From Spirochaetota bacterium (GTDB taxonomy: Bacteria > Spirochaetota > UBA4802 > UBA5550), in assembly GCA_963664815.2 (NCBI GenBank), contig CAXXHB010000002.1:736001-800000 (forward strand): a DNA stretch of 64,000 nt, written 5' to 3'. Under the pieces are notes generated by a model. That model was not told where the DNA came from. It ran no database searches and saw only the letters and a program-made list of their open reading frames with translations. Shown here one piece after another: positions 58,955 through 64,000 of this stretch. Position numbers and translations under genes: made by a program. Numbering within the stretch: position 1 is the first letter of the stretch; each line of letters starts with the position of its first letter.

Positions 58955-59557
58955 TTATAGAATGAATTTTAGTTTTATAACTTTGCGGCATTTTTCCATC
59001 ATTTTTGTATAATCTTCATTCCATTCACTTTTAATAATTACAAGGAATATTTCACTTTTCCTTATTTTGAGCAAATCAATTTTTTCACCACTATCATCAA
59101 GATCTACAATACCTGAAATTTCCCTGGTACATAAGTATTTACCTTCACTTTTAAATACATTGTTAAATTTATGTTCTTTATCATCGGCATAATACCAAAA
59201 ATTTGGAGAATTTAATGAAAGGTAGATTACAGAATCTCTGTTAAAAAGTTCTTCGACAATTCCGGTTTTTTTAAATCCTGATAGATCATTTAGGGGTAAA
59301 CCTGATTTTGCGTTATTAAAGGTTTCCGGTGAAAAAGAGGCATGGACAAAAACGGTATCCGGTTTAGAAAATCGGAATTTAATCGAAAACCTGGTTCTTC
59401 TTATTTCGGCTGTATCATCAAAAATATTAATTAAATGTCCATCCTGTTCAATCGATATATCAATTGTGTCTTCCTGGATTTTTTTAATGTTTTGATCGGA
59501 GGAACATCCGTATAACGCGATTCCCATCATGATGAAGAAACATAATAGTTTATTCAT
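58955..59557 (-). CDS. Hypothetical lipoprotein
   Basis: Signal ending LYGC. Confidence 0.72.
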   Translation of the reverse strand: MNKLLCFFIMMGIALYGCSSDQNIKKIQEDTIDISIEQDGHLINIFDDTAEIRRTRFSIKFRFSKPDTVFVHASFSPETFNNAKSGLPLNDLSGFKKTGIVEELFNRDSVIYLSLNSPNFWYYADDKEHKFNNVFKSEGKYLCTREISGIVDLDDSGEKIDLLKIRKSEIFLVIIKSEWNEDYTKMMEKCRKVIKLKFIL

Positions 59558-59645
59558 TTTGACCTGCCATGTTTAGTAAACCGGAGAGCAAAGCTTTTTT
59601 TAATCGATTATTTTAAACAGCTAATAGCCATAAACGGAAGTCTTT

Positions 59646-60179
59646 TTAACGATTCCTTATCTTTATTAATATTAAAAGTAAAGTTTTTTTTATTATAAAA
59701 TAGACACCTGTAAAAAAAATAATTCCCAGGATTCCATAGAATATTGTTTCAATGTTAAAAGAGATTCCCGGAACAAAATTTTTTAGTGCTGCTTTGCATA
59801 TTTCAGTATCCATGTCCCTGATGAAAACAACAAATTTAGAGATTCCTTTAGATTCGGTGAGATTTTTTAATGCCGCTGATAGTTCGTTAAATCTATCTAT
59901 ATTTTCTGACATGATTTTTCCGGTAGAAACAAATTCCTTAACATTGGATTGCAGGTGCAGTCCTATATATTCATCAACAGTACGGCCGTTATCAGCTGCC
60001 GCTAACCTGTATTTTTTTATAAGGAGAGTAAGTTCGTCAACATGGCCTCCAAGTCTCTGCCGGTATTGTATGAGAAATGCCGGACACTGAATGAAAATAA
60101 TAAAACCTCCGGCTGCTATTGCACGATCAAATATTGATTCAAAGAAAATGCCTGCTAGTTTTAAAATTCTGGTAATCAT
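59646..60179 (-). CDS. DUF2937 family membrane protein
   Basis: QCPAFLIQYRQRLGGHVDE motif; N- and C-terminal TM. Confidence 0.75.
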   Translation of the reverse strand: MITRILKLAGIFFESIFDRAIAAGGFIIFIQCPAFLIQYRQRLGGHVDELTLLIKKYRLAAADNGRTVDEYIGLHLQSNVKEFVSTGKIMSENIDRFNELSAALKNLTESKGISKFVVFIRDMDTEICKAALKNFVPGISFNIETIFYGILGIIFFTGVYFIIKKTLLLILIKIRNR

Positions 60180-60180
60180 A

Positions 60181-60588
60181 TTATTTCTGATTCCTTTTAT
60201 TAATTGTCTCTGAATCCATTACACAAGTTGCAAGAATACCTCCCCTTATATTATAGACTGTTTTGATTGAAAGAAAAACCGGCTGAATGCAATTCCATAT
60301 ATCCTTATAAATTCTGTCTGTTGCAGCTTCCTGGTAAATGCCAACATTCCTAAAAGATGTATAGTAATACTTAAGAGATTTAAGTTCAATAATTCTGTTA
60401 TTTGGGATATATTCTATCTCAACAGACGCGATGTCGGGAAGACCGGAAAATGGACATACAGAACTGAACTCTTCAGTTTCATATTTTATTCTTTGCGGAT
60501 TGCCTGTGTATTCAATACTTTCAAGTAGTGCTGCATCAATATAGCTTGCATCCACAAAGGAAAAGGTTTTTCCTTCAGCAGTTGGCAT
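60181..60588 (-). CDS. queF: 7-cyano-7-deazaguanine reductase (type I QueF)
   Basis: EFSSVCPFSGLPD, ELKSLKYY, RGG. Confidence 0.93.
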   Translation of the reverse strand: MPTAEGKTFSFVDASYIDAALLESIEYTGNPQRIKYETEEFSSVCPFSGLPDIASVEIEYIPNNRIIELKSLKYYYTSFRNVGIYQEAATDRIYKDIWNCIQPVFLSIKTVYNIRGGILATCVMDSETINKRNQK

Positions 60589-60620
60589 AATATTTCTCCT
60601 GAGATTAATATTATAAATAT

Positions 60621-60648
60621 TATAACAATTCTATGTTATTTAAGTCAA
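60621..60648 (-). promoter_or_regulatory. Sigma70 promoter of queF
   Basis: Minus strand TTGACT followed by an extended -10 TGTTATAAT. Confidence 0.6.
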
Positions 60649-60680
60649 GAAAAAAGGAGTGATGAAAGTATATCTGTTTA

Positions 60681-61358
60681 TTACCGAATTTCTTTTATTT
60701 TAAATAATGCTTTGTTCTTATCAGTAACTGAAAATTCAGAATTACAGTATGGACAAAGTTGATCTCCAGGTTCTTTTATTCTTATAAGGGACTTACATTT
60801 TATGCATTCAATAATGAAAGCTTCAAATAAAGCATCGTTATTTTTAACTTCTGTAATGTCAACCGAAGTCTGATGTTCAGGTGTTTCAATGATTGATAAA
60901 AGATCTACAGAGGTAGACTTATTTTTTAAACTTTCTTCTGAAATGGGTTCATCTTGAGTATTGTCTTTTTCGAAAATTTGTGGTACTGGTTCTTTTGGGA
61001 AGAGTTCCATATGTCTATCCAGTATGTGCAAGGCTTCAGATCTATCTGAAACAATGTTGAATAATAAATCAAATCCGAGTAATTTGAGCAGAGAAGTGAT
61101 TTCATAGTTAAGATTAAAAAAAACCGTCAGTCCGTTTTTTTCATTTGTAAACTTCTGTAACATAAGAATAGCGCCTATACCGATACTGCTTATAAAATTA
61201 AGATTTTTCATATCTATAAGGAGATAGATAATGTTGTTATCAAGTAACTTGTTGATATAATCATCAAAGTCTGGAGCTGAGTCGCTGCTGAGATGCCCGT
61301 CAATTTCGATTATTGCTGCGGATTGTTCACCAATATCGGTATGTTTTATAAAAAACAT
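60681..61358 (-). CDS. STAS domain protein with C-terminal zinc ribbon
   Basis: FISSIGIG STAS motif, acidic linker, CIKC...CPYC. Confidence 0.82.
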   Translation of the reverse strand: MFFIKHTDIGEQSAAIIEIDGHLSSDSAPDFDDYINKLLDNNIIYLLIDMKNLNFISSIGIGAILMLQKFTNEKNGLTVFFNLNYEITSLLKLLGFDLLFNIVSDRSEALHILDRHMELFPKEPVPQIFEKDNTQDEPISEESLKNKSTSVDLLSIIETPEHQTSVDITEVKNNDALFEAFIIECIKCKSLIRIKEPGDQLCPYCNSEFSVTDKNKALFKIKEIR

Positions 61359-61361
61359 TTA

Positions 61362-62585
61362 TTACCTCTGTTTCCGAATCGGAATTGCGTCACGAATTTC
61401 TCTATCAATAATAGATTTTTTATAATCTTCAAGGTTTATTACCGGGGCAATATACTCTTTAATCCTTTCAGGTTCTTCGATATATGATGCCAGTTCATTT
61501 TCTGGCTCAATTTCACCAAGTAGTTCTACAGTTATATATTCGTCTTCGTCGGGAGGAGTTTCATGTATCTTGATCGGAAGAACTTCCCCGGGTATTTTGT
61601 TATGGATAACTATCCCACTATTGCGTGATATGGTGACAGAATTTCCGGTTTCATCCTCTTCAACTATGTCATTATCAAAATCATCCTCTATGATGAAATC
61701 CATATCATGGTCTATGGTATTACTGTCTGGGAAAATAGTGTGTGAATCTTCCTGATCGTGAGTTATATCAGCTATTGTTAACGGGATATTCGGAGGAGTT
61801 TCTGTCAATAAAATTAAATTTTGATCGGTTAACGACTTTAAAGCATTTTTCTGTATTGAACGGTATCTGAAAAGTATAATTAATGAGACAAAAAAAGAGA
61901 TTATCATGGAAGCCATAACAACCAGAATTGAGTAGTGTTTTGCCTGATTTATTGATTCATTAATTGATGCATAAACACGGTCTTTACTTACTATAAAGTT
62001 TACAGTTCCAACCGGTTTATCTTTAAAATAAACAGCCTTGGTAAATAGCCAACCAGTGCTGTTTAAGTCTTTATAGACGTATTTCTTTAAGAAATCTTTT
62101 TCATTACGCTTAAACGGGATTATTTTGTTTATAATATTATAATTATTCAGAATAAGATCTCTGTTTTTCGTTTTAACGGGAAATAGAATCATATCAAGAT
62201 TGTACGACATTTCATCGCTGGCTATGTTACCTATAAGCTCCTTTTCTATTGTTGTACTTGAGTGTACAATTAATTTCCCATCATTGAGTACAAAAAAAGC
62301 TTCATCAATTGTGCTTTCTTCAATTTTTTCATGAAAGAGAGTTTTTAAAGAGGAGTATTTTTTTGTGGAATAACTGAATTCAGCAACTCTTGTGAAAGCC
62401 TCAGCCATTGTTTTTGAATAGTTAATTGTATATTTTTCAATTTTTGATAGATTCCTTTTTCCGGAAAAATAAAAATATGATACAACCCCTGCTGTTCCTA
62501 TTATGGATTCCGCGATAAACATTAGCAGAAAAATGCCAACTGGAAAGAATAACCTTTTAAGCTTTGTTTTTTTAGGTTTTGTCAT
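61362..62585 (-). CDS. 2-TM membrane protein with extracytoplasmic (Cache-like) domain and acidic cytoplasmic tail
   Basis: TM, DEAFFVLNDGKLIVHS...PVGTV, TM, then a D/E-rich tail. Confidence 0.7.
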   Translation of the reverse strand: MTKPKKTKLKRLFFPVGIFLLMFIAESIIGTAGVVSYFYFSGKRNLSKIEKYTINYSKTMAEAFTRVAEFSYSTKKYSSLKTLFHEKIEESTIDEAFFVLNDGKLIVHSSTTIEKELIGNIASDEMSYNLDMILFPVKTKNRDLILNNYNIINKIIPFKRNEKDFLKKYVYKDLNSTGWLFTKAVYFKDKPVGTVNFIVSKDRVYASINESINQAKHYSILVVMASMIISFFVSLIILFRYRSIQKNALKSLTDQNLILLTETPPNIPLTIADITHDQEDSHTIFPDSNTIDHDMDFIIEDDFDNDIVEEDETGNSVTISRNSGIVIHNKIPGEVLPIKIHETPPDEDEYITVELLGEIEPENELASYIEEPERIKEYIAPVINLEDYKKSIIDREIRDAIPIRKQR

Positions 62586-62779
62586 AGTATACTCTGTTAT
62601 TGCTTTTTAGAAAACTGAATTTCCTGCCGGAAGCTATATGCCGGCTTTATTTAAACTACCAGTTTATATCAGCTTAAGTAGCTGATTGTTAACTGAAGTG
62701 AGAAATCCATTTATAATATCGGTAATATGTTAATTTCGATTGATAAAAAAAGGTCATTAATATCGTATGTTTTATTATT

Positions 62780-63466
62780 ATGAAGCAGGAAATTATAAAT
62801 AATAAAGAGCTTCTTGAGGCTTGGGATTGGGAGACAGGAAAACCGGCAGGGGTCAGCATTACACGCGGAGAGTCCTACAGAACAGGAACACCTCACGAAG
62901 GTGTACATCTTTGGATAGGCAGAAATACCGGAGAAGATGTTGAGATATTATTTCAACATCGGGCAAAAGATAAAGCTCTTTATCCCGATTGCCTTGATAT
63001 TACAGTTGGTGGACATGTTCCTTTCGGAGAGGATAAAGACAATAGAAGTAAAATCGGTAAAGAAGCTATGGAAGAAATTGGAATATTACTTGATGATGTG
63101 GAACTTGTTGATCTTGGTTACTGTCGGTTTGAAGAAAAAACGGAGGACTATCACCACAGGGAATTTCAGCATGTATATATTCTTGCTGACCAAAGGCCTC
63201 TGGATGCTTATTGCTTTAATGATGGTGAGGTAATCGGGTTATATGCTGTGCCATCACTTTTTGTTGAAATGCTTATGATGGAAGATAATTTCAGGATTGT
63301 TGATGGCTTTAATGGGCAAACGATCATAAAAAAATTCCTGTCAAGGAAAGACTTTCATCCGATGCTTTTTAATGGAAGAATGAGAGTTTACATGTCAATC
63401 GTAATCCGTGCTATAAGAGAATTAGTGAAGACAGGGAAAGTTACTGTTAAAATGCCTGAATTATGA
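62780..63466 (+). CDS. NUDIX hydrolase (IDI type 1-like fold)
   Basis: HEGVHLWI, QHRAKDK..YPD, GGHV..GE...KEAMEEIGI. Confidence 0.85.
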   Translation: MKQEIINNKELLEAWDWETGKPAGVSITRGESYRTGTPHEGVHLWIGRNTGEDVEILFQHRAKDKALYPDCLDITVGGHVPFGEDKDNRSKIGKEAMEEIGILLDDVELVDLGYCRFEEKTEDYHHREFQHVYILADQRPLDAYCFNDGEVIGLYAVPSLFVEMLMMEDNFRIVDGFNGQTIIKKFLSRKDFHPMLFNGRMRVYMSIVIRAIRELVKTGKVTVKMPEL

Positions 63467-63565
63467 AAAGTGATCACTTTGATGAAGCTAATTTACTTCA
63501 ACCCGCTCTGAAAAATAATACGACTGAAGCGAGAGCTTAATATCTTAAATATAATAATGGATATT

Positions 63566-64000
63566 ATGGAAGAGATAACATTTGAAGAATCACAAAAAAT
63601 AAAAAATCCATTGTATGTAGATGTTAGAGCTCCTATCGAGTATAATGAAGATCACATTCCAGGAGCGGTTAATCTTCCGATATTTAATGATGAAGAGAGA
63701 AAAGAAGTGGGCACACTCTACAAAATGGTCGGGAGAGAGGATGCTGTAAAACGTGGAACTGAAATCGGAGGAAAAAGAATTACCGAAATAGTCAATTCAT
63801 TGATACAGAATAAAGAAAAAGAAATTATTATTTACTGTGCCAGGGGAGGGATGAGATCGGGAGCCGTTGCGTCTTTAATAAACTCACTTGGTATAAAGAC
63901 ATACAAAATTAAAGAAGGATACAGGGCATTCAGAAAATTTGTTATAGACCAACTTTCCACTATGGAAATTAAACCCAGAGTTTTTGTTCTCCAGGGATTC
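63566..64000 (+). CDS. mnmH: tRNA 2-selenouridine synthase (5' part; runs off the window)
   Basis: Manual translation VDVRAPIEYNEDHIPGAVNLP...ERKEVGTLYK...YCARGGMRS...GYRAFR. Confidence 0.93.
   Translation, partial: MEEITFEESQKIKNPLYVDVRAPIEYNEDHIPGAVNLPIFNDEERKEVGTLYKMVGREDAVKRGTEIGGKRITEIVNSLIQNKEKEIIIYCARGGMRSGAVASLINSLGIKTYKIKEGYRAFRKFVIDQLSTMEIKPRVFVLQGF

Noticed and set aside
60589-60680. Possible preQ1 riboswitch upstream of queF
   Set aside because: The leader is short and AT-rich with no GGUUC(U)AG stem-loop or A-rich pseudoknot tail; only a promoter is seen
872-63233. Many short overlapping or antisense ORFs in the track (for example 10397-10951, 12260-12811, 24769-25275, 34825-35370, 48300-48749)
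   Set aside because: Shadow frames of well-supported genes, with no RBS or recognisable motifs
1-64000. CRISPR array, IS/transposase, prophage or defence island
   Set aside because: No regularly spaced repeats and no transposase, integrase, phage or recognisable defence motifs seen by eye

Overview
AT-rich bacterial chromosome segment with mostly housekeeping genes. Gene content (rpmH operon without dnaA, rodZ-rimO-pgsA, bactofilin, spirochaete-type lipoboxes, a Leptospira/plant-type AAA ATPase) suggests a Spirochaetota genome, and the many Fe-S, radical SAM and selenium genes suggest an anaerobe. Both points are inference. In order, the window holds: an MCP; a ChvE/GguA/GguB sugar ABC transporter; VOC and rhomboid genes; a membrane-anchored AraC-TolC-AcrB-TetR efflux locus with no periplasmic adaptor gene; a radical SAM gene; rpmH-rnpA-yidD-yidC-jag-mnmE; livKHMGF plus an IMPase; dus; bactofilin; STAS; a B12 radical SAM gene; a TetR with two matching operators controlling a tandem pair of Cys-rich 4Fe-4S proteins; rlhA-type U32, amidase, rlmD-like and THUMP methyltransferase genes; a large protein with a degenerate GGDEF domain, followed by RluA and an HD-GYP protein; a rod-shaped 6S-like ncRNA candidate; lolA-rodZ-rimO-pgsA-pgpA-HIT-histidine kinase; glgP; an AAA ATPase; queF; and a truncated mnmH. 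I saw no CRISPR array, IS element, prophage, tRNA or rRNA. The best leads are the TetR plus tandem Fe-S module, the unannotated 6S-like RNA, the degenerate-GGDEF/RluA/HD-GYP run and the adaptor-less RND pump. All family calls come from reading motifs by eye, without database searches.
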